64,000 nucleotides of DNA. It comes from Eledone cirrhosa. Lineage: Eukaryota. The position numbers were made by a program, and so were the translations under genes. Where the stretch lies: positions 1 through 64,000 of the forward strand of contig CAXHJY010000392.1 in NCBI GenBank assembly GCA_964016885.1. Direction: 5' to 3'. This document shows positions 24,110 through 37,400 of this stretch, in pieces (position 1 is the stretch's first letter; every line of letters starts with the position of its first letter). The notes below the pieces were generated by a model, which worked only from the letters and a program-made list of their open reading frames with translations, did not search any database and had not been told where the DNA came from.

Positions 24110-27100
24110 TTCCCTCAAAACTTCGTTCTTCACCAAGATATCTTTCTCTACCTTGTCTCCTCCCAAAACTTCGTTCTTCACCAAGCTATCTTTCTGTACC
24201 TTGTCTTCCCCAAAAACTTTGTTCTTCACCAAGCTATCTTTCTCTACCTTGTCTTCCCCCAAAACTTTGTTCTTCACCAAGCTATCTTTCTCTACCTTGT
24301 CTTCCCCGAAAACTTCGTTCTTCACCAAGCTATCTTTCTCTACCTTGTCTTCCCCTAAAACTTCGTTCTTCACCAAGCTATCTATCTCTAGCTTGTCTTC
24401 ACACAAAACTTCGTTCTTCACCAAGCTATCTTTCTCTACCTTGTCTTCCCACAAAACGTCATTCTTCACCAAGCTATCTTTCTCTACCTTGTCTTCCGTC
24501 AAAACTTCGTTCTTCACCAAGCTATCTTTCTCTAACTTGTCTTCCCTCAAAACGTCGTTCTTCACCAAGCTATCTTTCTCTACCTTGTCTTCCCCCAAAA
24601 CTTCGTTCTTCACCAAGCTATCTTTCTCTACCTTGTCTTCCCCCAAAACTTCGTTCTTCGCAAGCTATCTTTCTCTACCTTGTCTTCCCCCAAAACTTCG
24701 TTCTTCACCAAGCTATCTTTCTCTACCTTGTCTTCTCACAAAACGTCGTTCTTCACCAAGCTATCTTTCTCTACCTTGTCTTCCCTCAAAACGTCGTTCT
24801 TCACCAAGCTATCTTTCTCTACCTTGTCTTCCCTCAAAACATCGTTCTTCACCAAGCTATCTTTCTCTACCTTGTCTTCTCCCAAAACTTCGTTATTCAC
24901 CAAGCTATCTTTCTCTACCTTGTCTTCCCTCAAAACTTTGTTCTTCACCAAGCTATCTTTCTCTACATTGTCTTCCCCCAAAACTTCGTTCTTCACCAAG
25001 CTATCTTTCTCTACCTTGTCATCCCCCAAAACTTCGTTCTTCACCAAGCTATCTTTCTCTAGCTTGTCTTCACACAAAACTTCGTTCTTCACCAAGCTAT
25101 CTTTCTCTACCTTGTCTTCCCACAAAACGTCATTCTTCACCAAGCTATCTTTCTCTACCTTGTCTTCCGTCGAAACTTCGTTCTTCACCAAGCTATCTTT
25201 CTCTACCTTGTCTTCCCTCAGAACTTCGTTCTTCACCAAGCTATCTTTCTCTACCTTGTCTTCCCCCAAAACTTCGTTCTTCACCAAGCTATCTTTCTCT
25301 ACCTTGTCTTCCCACAAAACTTTGTTCTTCACCAAGCTATCTTTCTCTACCTTGTCTTCCCCGAAAACTTCGTTCTTCACCAAGCTATCTTTCTCTACCT
25401 TGTCTTCCCCTAAAACTTCGTTCTTCACCAAGCTATCTTTCTCTAGCTTGTCTTCACACAAAACTTCGTTCTTCACCAAGCTATCTTTCTCTACCTTGTC
25501 TTCCCACAAAACGTCATTCTTCACCAAGCTATCTTTCTCTACCTTGTCTTCCGTCAAAACTTCGTTCTTCACCAAGCTATCTTTCTCGACCTTGTCTTCT
25601 CCCAAAACTTCGTTATTCACCAAGCTATCTTTCTCTACCTTGTCTTCCCCCAAAACTTCGTTATTCACCAAGCTATCTTTCTCTACCTTGTCTTCCCTCA
25701 AAACTTCGTTCTTCACCAAGCTATCTTTCTCTACCTTGTCTTCCCCCAAAACTTCGTTCTTCACCAAGCTATCTTTCTCTACCTTGTCTTCTCCCAAAAC
25801 TTCGTTATTCACCAAGCTATCTTTCTCTACCTTGTCTTCCCTCAAAACTTCGTTCTTCACCAAGCTATCTTTCTCTAGCTTGTCTTCACACAAAACTTCG
25901 TTCTTCACCAAGCTATCTTTCTCTACCTTGTCTTCCCACAAAACGTCATTCTTCACCAAGCTATATTTCTCTATCTTGTCTTCCGTCAAAACTTCGTTCT
26001 TCACCAAGATATCTTTCTCTACCTTGTCTCCTCCCAAAACTTCGTTCTTCACCAAGCTATCTTTCTGTACCTTGTCTTCCCCAAAAACTTTGTTCTTCAC
26101 CAAGCTATCTTTCTCTACCTTGTCTTCCCCCAAAACTTTGTTCTTCACCAAGCTATCTTTCTCTACCTTGTCTTCCCCGAAAACTTCGTTCTTCACCAAG
26201 CTATCTTTCTCTACCTTGTCTTCCCCTAAAACTTCGTTCTTCACCAAGCTATCTTTCTCTAGCTTGTCTTCCCACAAAACGTCATTCTTCACCAAGCTAT
26301 CTTTCTCTACCTTGTCTTCCCTCAAAACTTTGTTCTTCACCAAGCTATCTTTCTCTACATTGTCTTCCCCCAAAACTTCGTTCTTCACCAAGCTATCTTT
26401 CTCTACCTTGTCATCCCCCAAAACTTCGTTCTTCACCAAGCTATCTTTCTCTAGCTTGTCTTCACACAAAACTTCGTTCTTCACCAAGCTATCTTTCTCT
26501 ACCTTGTCTTCCCACAAAACGTCATTCTTCACCAAGCTATCTTTCTCTACCTTGTCTTCCGTCGAAACTTCGTTCTTCACCAAGCTATCTTTCTCTACCT
26601 TGTCTTCCCTCAGAACTTCGTTCTTCACCAAGCTATCTTTCTCTACCTTGTCTTCCCCCAAAACTTCGTTCTTCACCAAGCTATCTTTCTCTACCTTGTC
26701 TTCCCACAAAACTTTGTTCTTCACCAAGCTATCTTTCTCTACCTTGTCTTCCCCGAAAACTTCGTTCTTCACCAAGCTATCTTTCTCTACCTTGTCTTCC
26801 CCTAAAACTTCGTTCTTCACCAAGCTATCTTTCTCTAGCTTGTCTTCACACAAAACTTCGTTCTTCACCAAGCTATCTTTCTCTACCTTGTCTTCCCACA
26901 AAACGTCATTCTTCACCAAGCTATCTTTCTCTACCTTGTCTTCCGTCAAAACTTCGTTCTTCACCAAGCTATCTTTCTCGACCTTGTCTTCTCCCAAAAC
27001 TTCGTTATTCACCAAGCTATCTTTCTCTACCTTGTCTTCCCCCAAAACTTCGTTATTCACCAAGCTATCTTTCTCTACCTTGTCTTCCCTCAAAACTTCG

Positions 27101-30100
27101 TTCTTCACCAAGCTATCTTTCTCTACCTTGTCTTCCCCCAAAACTTCGTTCTTCACCAAGCTATCTTTCTCTACCTTGTCTTCTCCCAAAACTTCGTTAT
27201 TCACCAAGCTATCTTTCTCTACCTTGTCTTCCCTCAAAACTTCGTTCTTCACCAAGCTATCTTTCTCTAGCTTGTCTTCACACAAAACTTCGTTCTTCAC
27301 CAAGCTATCTTTCTCTACCTTGTCTTCCCACAAAACGTCATTCTTCACCAAGCTATATTTCTCTATCTTGTCTTCCGTCAAAACTTCGTTCTTCACCAAG
27401 ATATCTTTCTCTACCTTGTCTCCTCCCAAAACTTCGTTCTTCACCAAGCTATCTTTCTGTACCTTGTCTTCCCCAAAAACTTTGTTCTTCACCAAGCTAT
27501 CTTTCTCTACCTTGTCTTCCCCCAAAACTTTGTTCTTCACCAAGCTATCTTTCTCTACCTTGTCTTCCCCGAAAACTTCGTTCTTCACCAAGCTATCTTT
27601 CTCTACCTTGTCTTCCCCTAAAACTTCGTTCTTCACCAAGCTATCTTTCTCTAGCTTGTCTTCCCACAAAACGTCATTCTTCACCAAGCTATCTTTCTCT
27701 ACCTTGTCTTCCGTCAAAACTTCGTTCTTCACCAAGCTATCTTTCTCGACCTCGTCTTCCCTCAAAACTTCGTTCTTCACCAAGATATCTTTCTCTACCT
27801 TGTCTCCTCCCAAAACTTCGTTCTTCACCAAGCTATCTTTCTGTACCTTGTCTTCCCCAAAAACTTTGTTCTTCACCAAGCTATCTTTCTCTACCTTGTC
27901 TTCCCCCAAAACTTTGTTCTTCACCAAGCTATCTTTCTCTACCTTGTCTTCCCCGAAAACTTCGTTCTTCACCAAGCTATCTTTCTCTACCTTGTCTTCC
28001 CCTAAAACTTCGTTCTTCACCAAGCTATCTATCTCTAGCTTGTCTTCACACAAAACTTCGTTCTTCACCAAGCTATCTTTCTCTACCTTGTCTTCCCACA
28101 AAACGTCATTCTTCACCAAGCTATCTTTCTCTACCTTGTCTTCCGTCAAAACTTCGTTCTTCACCAAGCTATCTTTCTCTAACTTGTCTTCCCTCAAAAC
28201 GTCGTTCTTCACCAAGCTATCTTTCTCTACCTTGTCTTCCCCCAAAACTTCGTTCTTCACCAAGCTATCTTTCTCTACCTTGTCTTCCCCCAAAACTTCG
28301 TTCTTCGCAAGCTATCTTTCTCTACCTTGTCTTCCCCCAAAACTTCGTTCTTCACCAAGCTATCTTTCTCTACCTTGTCTTCTCACAAAACGTCGTTCTT
28401 CACCAAGCTATCTTTCTCTACCTTGTCTTCCCTCAAAACGTCGTTCTTCACCAAGCTATCTTTCTCTACCTTGTCTTCCCTCAAAACATCGTTCTTCACC
28501 AAGCTATCTTTCTCTACCTTGTCTTCTCCCAAAACTTCGTTATTCACCAAGCTATCTTTCTCTACCTTGTCTTCCCTCAAAACTTTGTTCTTCACCAAGC
28601 TATCTTTCTCTACATTGTCTTCCCCCAAAACTTCGTTCTTCACCAAGCTATCTTTCTCTACCTTGTCATCCCCCAAAACTTCGTTCTTCACCAAGCTATC
28701 TTTCTCTAGCTTGTCTTCACACAAAACTTCGTTCTTCACCAAGCTATCTTTCTCTACCTTGTCTTCCCACAAAACGTCATTCTTCACCAAGCTATCTTTC
28801 TCTACCTTGTCTTCCGTCGAAACTTCGTTCTTCACCAAGCTATCTTTCTCTACCTTGTCTTCCCTCAGAACTTCGTTCTTCACCAAGCTATCTTTCTCTA
28901 CCTTGTCTTCCCCCAAAACTTCGTTCTTCACCAAGCTATCTTTCTCTACCTTGTCTTCCCACAAAACTTTGTTCTTCACCAAGCTATCTTTCTCTACCTT
29001 GTCTTCCCCGAAAACTTCGTTCTTCACCAAGCTATCTTTCTCTACCTTGTCTTCCCCTAAAACTTCGTTCTTCACCAAGCTATCTTTCTCTAGCTTGTCT
29101 TCACACAAAACTTCGTTCTTCACCAAGCTATCTTTCTCTACCTTGTCTTCCCACAAAACGTCATTCTTCACCAAGCTATCTTTCTCTACCTTGTCTTCCG
29201 TCAAAACTTCGTTCTTCACCAAGCTATCTTTCTCGACCTTGTCTTCTCCCAAAACTTCGTTATTCACCAAGCTATCTTTCTCTACCTTGTCTTCCCCCAA
29301 AACTTCGTTATTCACCAAGCTATCTTTCTCTACCTTGTCTTCCCTCAAAACTTCGTTCTTCACCAAGCTATCTTTCTCTACCTTGTCTTCCCCCAAAACT
29401 TCGTTCTTCACCAAGCTATCTTTCTCTACCTTGTCTTCTCCCAAAACTTCGTTATTCACCAAGCTATCTTTCTCTACCTTGTCTTCCCTCAAAACTTCGT
29501 TCTTCACCAAGCTATCTTTCTCTAGCTTGTCTTCACACAAAACTTCGTTCTTCACCAAGCTATCTTTCTCTACCTTGTCTTCCCACAAAACGTCATTCTT
29601 CACCAAGCTATATTTCTCTATCTTGTCTTCCGTCAAAACTTCGTTCTTCACCAAGATATCTTTCTCTACCTTGTCTCCTCCCAAAACTTCGTTCTTCACC
29701 AAGCTATCTTTCTGTACCTTGTCTTCCCCAAAAACTTTGTTCTTCACCAAGCTATCTTTCTCTACCTTGTCTTCCCCCAAAACTTTGTTCTTCACCAAGC
29801 TATCTTTCTCTACCTTGTCTTCCCCGAAAACTTCGTTCTTCACCAAGCTATCTTTCTCTACCTTGTCTTCCCCTAAAACTTCGTTCTTCACCAAGCTATC
29901 TTTCTCTAGCTTGTCTTCACACAAAACTTCGTTCTTCACCAAGCTATCTTTCTCTACCTTGTCTTCCCACAAAACGTCATTCTTCACCAAGCTATCTTTC
30001 TCTACCTTGTCTTCCGTCAAAACTTCGTTCTTCACCAAGCTATCTTTCTCTAACTTGTCTTCCCTCAAAACGTCGTTCTTCACCAAGCTATCTTTCTCTA

Positions 30101-30600
30101 CCTTGTCTTCCCCCAAAACTTCGTTCTTCACCAAGCTATCTTTCTCTACCTTGTCTTCCCCCAAAACTTCGTTCTTCGCAAGCTATCTTTCTCTACCTTG
30201 TCTTCCCCCAAAACTTCGTTCTTCACCAAGCTATCTTTCTCTACCTTGTCTTCTCACAAAACGTCGTTCTTCACCAAGCTATCTTTCTCTACCTTGTCTT
30301 CCCTCAAAACGTCGTTCTTCACCAAGCTATCTTTCTCTACCTTGTCTTCCCTCAAAACATCGTTCTTCACCAAGCTATCTTTCTCTACCTTGTCTTCTCC
30401 CAAAACTTCGTTATTCACCAAGCTATCTTTCTCTACCTTGTCTTCCCTCAAAACTTTGTTCTTCACCAAGCTATCTTTCTCTACATTGTCTTCCCCCAAA
30501 ACTTCGTTCTTCACCAAGCTATCTTTCTCTACCTTGTCATCCCCCAAAACTTCGTTCTTCACCAAGCTATCTTTCTCTACCTTGTCTTCTCACAAAACGT
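24110..30600. repeat. Second cluster of the CGCAAG-delimited HOR family (76-mer containing an internal 29-mer duplication; 39-mer)
   Basis: CGCAAG at 24659, 28306 and 30177 (spacings 3647, 1871). ACATT at 24965/26357 (1392=29x48). The 593-aa ORF at 28383 matches the one at 12224. Confidence 0.88.
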
Positions 30601-33600
30601 CGTTCTTCACCAAGCTATCTTTCTCTACCTTGTCTTCCCTCAAAACGTCGTTCTTCACCAAGCTATCTTTCTCTACCTTGTCTTCCCTCAAAACATCGTT
30701 CTTCACCAAGCTATCTTTCTCTACCTTGTCTTCTCCCAAAACTTCGTTATTCACCAAGCTATCTTTCTCTACCTTGTCTTCCCTCAAAACTGCGTTCTTC
30801 ACCAAGCTATCTTTCTCTACCTTGTCTTCCCCCAAAACTTCGTTCTTCACCAAGCTATCTTTCTCTACCTTGTCTTCCCCCAAAACTTCTTTCTTCACCA
30901 AGTCATCTTTCTCTACCTTGTCATCCCTCAAAACTTCGTTCTTCACCAAGCTATCTTTCTCTGCCTTGTCTTCCCCCAAAACTTCGTTCTTCACCAAGCT
31001 ATCTTTCTCTACCTTGTCTTCACACAAAACTTCGTTCTTCACCAAGCTATCTTTCTCTACCTTGTCTTCCCACAAAACGTCATTCTTCACCAAGCTATCT
31101 TTCTCTACCTTGTCTTCCGTCAAAACTTCGTTCTTCACCAAGATATCTTTCTCTACCTTGTCTTCTCCCAAAACTTCGTTCTTCACCAAGCTATCTTTCT
31201 CTACCTTGTCTTCCCTCAGAAATTCGTTCTTCACCAAGCTATCTTTCTCTACCTTGTCTTCCCCCAAAACGTCGTTCTTCACCAAGCTATCTTCTCTACA
31301 TTGTCTTCCCCAAAACTTCGTTCTTCACCAAGCTATCTTTCTCTACCTTGTCTTTCATCAAAACGTCGTTCTTCACCAAGCTCTCTTTCTCTACCTTGTC
31401 TTCCCCCAAAACTTCGTTCTTCACCAAGCTATCTTTCTCTACCTTGAATTCCCCCAAAACTTCGTTCTTCACCAAGCTATCTTTCTCTACCTTGTCTTCC
31501 CACAAAACGTCGTTCTTCACCAAGCTATCTTTCTCTACCTTGTCTTCCCTCAAAACGTCGTTCTTCACCAAGCTATCTTTCTCTACCTTGTCTTCCCTCA
31601 AAACATCGTTCTTCACCAAGCTATCTTTATCTACCTTGTCTTCCCTCAAAACTTCGTTCTTCACCAAGCTATCTTTCTCTACCTTGTCTTCCCCCAAAAC
31701 TTCGTTGTTCACCAAGCTATCTTTCTCTACCTTGTCTTCTCCCAAAACTTCGTTATTCACCAAGCTATCTTTCTCTACCTTGTCTTCCCTCAAAACTTCG
31801 TTCTACACCAAGCTATCTTTCTCTACCTTGTCTTCCCCCAAAACTTCGTTCTTCACCAAGTCATCTTTCTCTACCTTGTCATCCCTCAAAACTTTGTTCT
31901 TCACCAATCTATCTTTCTCTACCTTGTCTTCCCCCAAAACTTCGTTCTTCACCAAGCTATCTTTCTCTAGCTTGTCTTCACACAAAACTTCGTTCTTCAC
32001 CAAGCTATCTTTCTCTACCTTGTCTTCCCACAAAACGTCATTCTTCACCAAGCTATCTTTCTCTACCTTGTCTTTCGTCAAAACTTCGTTCTTCACCAAG
32101 ATATCTTTCTCTACCTTGTCTCCTCCCAAAACTTCGTTCTTCACCAAGCTATCTTTCTCTACCTTGTCTTCCCTCAGAACTTCGTTCTTCACCAAGCTAT
32201 CTTTCTCTACCTTGTCTTCCCCCAAATCTTCGTTCTTCACCAAGCTATCTTTCTCTACATTGTCTTCCCCAAAACTTCGTTCTTCACCAAGCTATCTTTC
32301 ACGACCTTGTCTTCCCTCAAAACGTCGTTCTTCACCAAGCTATCTTTCTCTACCTTGTCTTCCCCCAAACTTCGTTCTTCACCAAGCTATCTTTCTCTAC
32401 CTTGTCTTCCCCCAAAACTTCGTTCTTCACCAAGCTATCTTTCTCTACCTCGTCTTCCCCCAAAACTTCGTTCTTCACCAAGCTATCTTTCTCTACCTTG
32501 TCTTCCTCCAAAACTTCGTTCTTCACCAAGCTATCTTTCTCTACCTTGTCTTCCCCCAATACTTCGTTCTTCACCAAGCTATCTTTCTCTACCTTGTCTT
32601 CCCTCAAAACGTCGTTCTTCACCAAGCTATCTTTCTCTACCTTGTCTTCCCCCAAAACTTCGTTCTTCACCAAGCTATCTTTCTCTACCTTGTCTTCCCC
32701 CAAAACTTCGTTCTTCACCAAGCTATCTTTCTCTACCTCGTCTTCCCTCAAAATTTCGTTCTTCACCAAGCTATCTTTCTCTACCTTGTCTTCCCCCAAA
32801 ACTTCGTTCTTCACCAAGTCATCTTTCTCTACCTTGTCTTCCCTCAAAACTCCGTTCTTCACCAAGCTATCTTTCTCTACCTTTCCTTCCCCTAAAACTT
32901 CGTTCTTCACCAAGCTATCTTTCTCTACCTTGTCTTCCCCCAAAACTTCGTTCTTCACCAAGCTATCTTTCTCTACATTGTCTTCCCCAAAACTTCGTTC
33001 TTCACCAAGCTATCTTTCACGACCTTGTCTTCCCTCAAAACGTCGTTCTTCACCAAGCTATCTTTCTCTACCTTGTCTTCCCCCAAACTTCGTTCTTCAC
33101 CAAGCTATCTTTCTCTACCTTGTCTTCCCCCAAAACTTCGTTCTTCACCAAGCTATCTTTCTCTACCTCGTCTTCCCTCAAAACTTTGTTCTTCACCAAG
33201 CTATCTTTCTCTACCTTGTCTTCCCCCAAAACCTCGTTCTTCACCAAGCTATCTTTCTCTACCTTGTCTTCCCCCAAAACTCCGTTCTTCACCAAGCTAT
33301 CTTTCTCTACCTTGTCTTCCCTCAAAACGTCGTTCTTCACCAAGCTATATTTCTCTACCTTGTCTTCCCCCAAAACTTCGTTCTTCACCAAGCTATCTTT
33401 CTCTACCTTGTCTTCCCCCAAAACTTCGTTCTTCACCAAGCTATCTTTCTCTACCTCGTCTTCCCTCAAAACTTCGTTCTTCACCAAGCTATCTTTCTCT
33501 ACCTTGTCTTCCCCCAAAACTTCGTTCTTCACCAAGTCATCTTTCTCTACCTTGTCTTCCCTCAAAACTTCGTTCTTCACCAAGCTATCTTTCTCTACCT

Positions 33601-34488
33601 TGTCTTCCCCTAAAACTTCGTTCTTCACCAAGCTATCTTTCTCTACCTTATCTTCCCCCAAAACTTCGTTCTTCACCAAGCTATCTTTCTCTACCTTGTC
33701 TTCCCCCAAAACTTCGTTCTTCACCAAGCTATCTTTCTCTACCTTGTCTTCCCTCAAAACGTCGTTCTTCACCAAGCTATCTTTCTCTACCTTGTCTTCC
33801 CCCAAAACTTCGTTCTTCACCAAGCTATCTTTCTCTACCTTGTCTTCTCCCAAAACTTCGTTCTTCACCAAGCTATCTTTCTCTACCTTGTCTTCCCTCA
33901 GAAATTCGTTCTTCACCAAGCTATCTTTCTCTACCTTGTCTTCCCCCAAAACGTCGTTCTTCACCAAGCTATCTTTCTCTACATTGTCTTCCCCAAAACT
34001 TCGTTCTTCACCAAGCTATCTTTCTCTACCTTGTCTTTCATCAAAACGTCGTTCTTCACCAAGCTCTCTTTCTCTACCTTGTCTTCCCCCAAAACTTCGT
34101 TCTTCACCAAGCTATCTTTCTCTACCTTGAATTCCCCCAAAACTTCGTTCTTCACCAAGCTATCTTTCTCTACCTTGTCTTCCCACAAAACGTCGTTCTT
34201 CACCAAGCTATCTTTCTCTACCTTGTCTTCCCTCAAAACGTCGTTCTTCACCAAGCTATCTTTCTCTACCTTGTCTTCCCTCAAAACATCGTTCTTCACC
34301 AAGCTATCTTTCTCTACCTTGTCTTCCCTCAAAACTTCGTTCTTCACCAAGCTATCTTTCTCTACCTTGTCTTCCCCCAAAACTTCGTTGTTCACCAAGC
34401 TATCTTTCTCTACCTTGTCTTCTCCCAAAACTTCGTTATTCACTAAGCTATCTTTCTCTACCTTGTCTTCCCTCAAAACTTCGTTCTA

Positions 34489-37400
34489 CACCAAGCTATC
34501 TTTCTCTACCTTGTCTTCCCCCAAAACTTCGTTCTTCACCAAGTCATCTTTCTCTACCTTGTCATCCCTCAAAACTTTGTTCTTCACCAATCTATCTTTC
34601 TCTACCTTGTCTTCCCCCAAAACTTCGTTCTTCACCAAGCTATCTTTCTCTAGCTTGTCGTCACACAAAACTTCGTTCTTCACCAAGCTATCTTTCTCTA
34701 CCTTGTCTTCCCACAAAACGTCATTCTTCACCAAGCTATCTTTCTCTACCTTGTCTTTCGTCAAAACTTCGTTCTTCACCAAGATATCTTTCTCTACCTT
34801 GTCTCCTCCCAAAACTTCGTTCTTCACCAAGCTATCTTTCTCTACCTTGTCTTCCCTCAGAACTTCGTTCTTCACCAAGCTATCTTTCTCTACCTTGTCT
34901 TCCCCCAAAACTTCGTTCTTCACCAAGCTATCTTTCTCTACATTGTCTTCCCCAAAACTTCGTTCTTCACCAAGCTATCTTTCACGACCTTGTCTTCCCT
35001 CAAAACGTCGTTCTTCACCAAGCTATCTTTCTCTACCTTGTCTTCCCCCAAACTTCGTTCTTCACCAAGCTATCTTTCTCTACCTTGTCTTCCCCCAAAA
35101 CTTCGTTCTTCACCAAGCTATCTTTCTCTACCTCGTCTTCCCTCAAAACTTCGTTCTTCACCAAGCTATCTTTCTCTACCTTGTCTTCCCCCAAAACTTC
35201 GTTCTTCACCAAGCTATCTTTCTCTACATTGTCTTCCCCAAAACTTCGTTCTTCACCAAGCTATCTTTCACGACCTTGTCTTCCCTCAAAACGTCGTTCT
35301 TCACCAAGCTATCTTTCTCTACCTTGTCTTCCCCCAAACTTCGTTCTTCACCAAGCTATCTTTCTCTACCTTGTCTTCCCCCAAAACTTCGTTCTTCACC
35401 AAGCTATCTTTCTCTACCTCGTCTTCCCCCAAAACTTCGTTCTTCACCAAGCTATCTTTCTCTACCTTGTCTTCCTCCAAAACTTCGTTCTTCACCAAGC
35501 TATCTTTCTCTACCTTGTCTTCCCCCAAAACTTCGTTCTTCACCAAGCTATCTTTCTCTACCTTGTCTTCCCTCAAAACGTCGTTCTTCACCAAGCTATC
35601 TTTCTCTACCTTGTCTTCCCCCAAAACTTCGTTCTTCACCAAGCTATCTTTCTCTACCTTGTCTTCCCCCAAAACTTCGTTCTTCACCAAGCTATCTTTC
35701 TCTACATCGTCTTCCCTCAAAATTTCGTTCTTCACCAATCTATCTTTCTCTACCTTGTCTTCCCCCAAAACTTCGTTCTTCACCAATTCATCTTTCTCTA
35801 CCTTGTCTTCCCTCAAAACTTCGTTCTTCACCAAGCTATCTTTCTCTACCTTTCCTTCCCCTAAAACTTCGTTCTTCACCAAGCTATCTTTCTCTACCTT
35901 GTCTTCCCCCAAAACTTCGTTCTTCACCAAGCTATCTTTCTCTACATTGTCTTCCCCAAAACTTCGTTCTTCACCAAGCTATCTTTCACGACCTTGTCTT
36001 CCCTCAAAACGTCGTTCTTCACCAAGCTATCTTTCTCTACCTTGTCTTCCCCCAAACTTCGTTCTTCACCAAGCTATCTTTCTCTACCTTGTCTTCCCCC
36101 AAAACTTCGTTCTTCACCAAGCTATCTTTCTCTACCTCGTCTTCCCTCAAAACTTTGTTCTTCACCAAGCTATCTTTCTCTACCTTGTCTTCCCCCAAAA
36201 CTTCGTTCTTCACCAAGCTATCTTTCTCTACCTTGTCTTCCCCCAAAACTTCGTTCTTCACCAAGCTATCTTTCTCTACCTTGTCTTCCCTCAAAACGTC
36301 GTTCTTCACCAAGCTATCTTTCTCTACCTTGTCTTCCCCCAAAACTTCGTTCTTCACCAAGCTATCTTTCTCTACCTTGTCTTCCCCCAAAACTTCGTTC
36401 TTCACCAAGCTATCTTTCTCTACCTCGTCTTCCCTCAAAACTTCGTTCTTCACCAAGCTATCTTTCTCTACCTTGTCTTCCCCCAAAACTTCGTTCTTCA
36501 CCAAGTCATCTTTCTCTACCTTGTCTTCCCTCAAAACTTCGTTCTTCACCAAGCTATCTTTCTCTACCTTGTCTTCCCCTAAAACTTCGTTCTTCACCAA
36601 GCTATCTTTCTCTACCTTATCTTCCCCCAAAACTTCGTTCTTCACCAAGCTATCTTTCTCTACCTTGTCTTCCCCCAAAACTTCGTTCTTCACCAAGCTA
36701 TCTTTCTCTACCTTGTCTTCCCTCAAAACGTCGTTCTTCACCAAGCTATCTTTCTCTACCTTGTCTTCCCCCAAAACTTCGTTCTTCACCAAGCTATCTT
36801 TCTCTACCTCGTCTTCCCTCAAAACTTCGTTCTTCACCAAGCTATCTTTCCCTACCTTGTCTTCCCACAAAACGTCATTCTTCACCAAGCTATCTTTCTC
36901 TAACTTGTCTTCCCTCAAAACGTCGTTCTTCACCAAGCTATCTTTCTCTACCTTGTCTTCCCCCAAAACTTCGTTCTTCACCAAGCTATCTTTCTCTACC
37001 TTGTCTTCCCCCAAAACTTCGTTCTTCGCAAGCTATCTTTCTCTACCTTGTCTTCCCCCAAAACTTCGTTCTTCAGCAAGCTATCTTTCTCTACCTTGTC
37101 TTCCCCTAAAACTTCGTTCTTCACCAAGCTATCTTTCTCTACCTCGTCTTCCCACAAAACGTCGTTCTTCACCAAGCTATCTTTCTCTACCTTGTCTTCC
37201 CTCAAAACGTCGTTCTTCACCAAGCTATCTTTCTCTACCTTGTCTTCCCTCAAAACATCGTTCTTCACCAAGCTATCTTTCTCTACCTTGTCTTCCCCCA
37301 AAACTTCGTTCTTCACCAAGCTATCTTTCTCTAGCTTGTCTTCACACAAAACTTCGTTCTTCACCAAGCTATCTTTCTCTACCTTGTCTTCCCACAAAAC

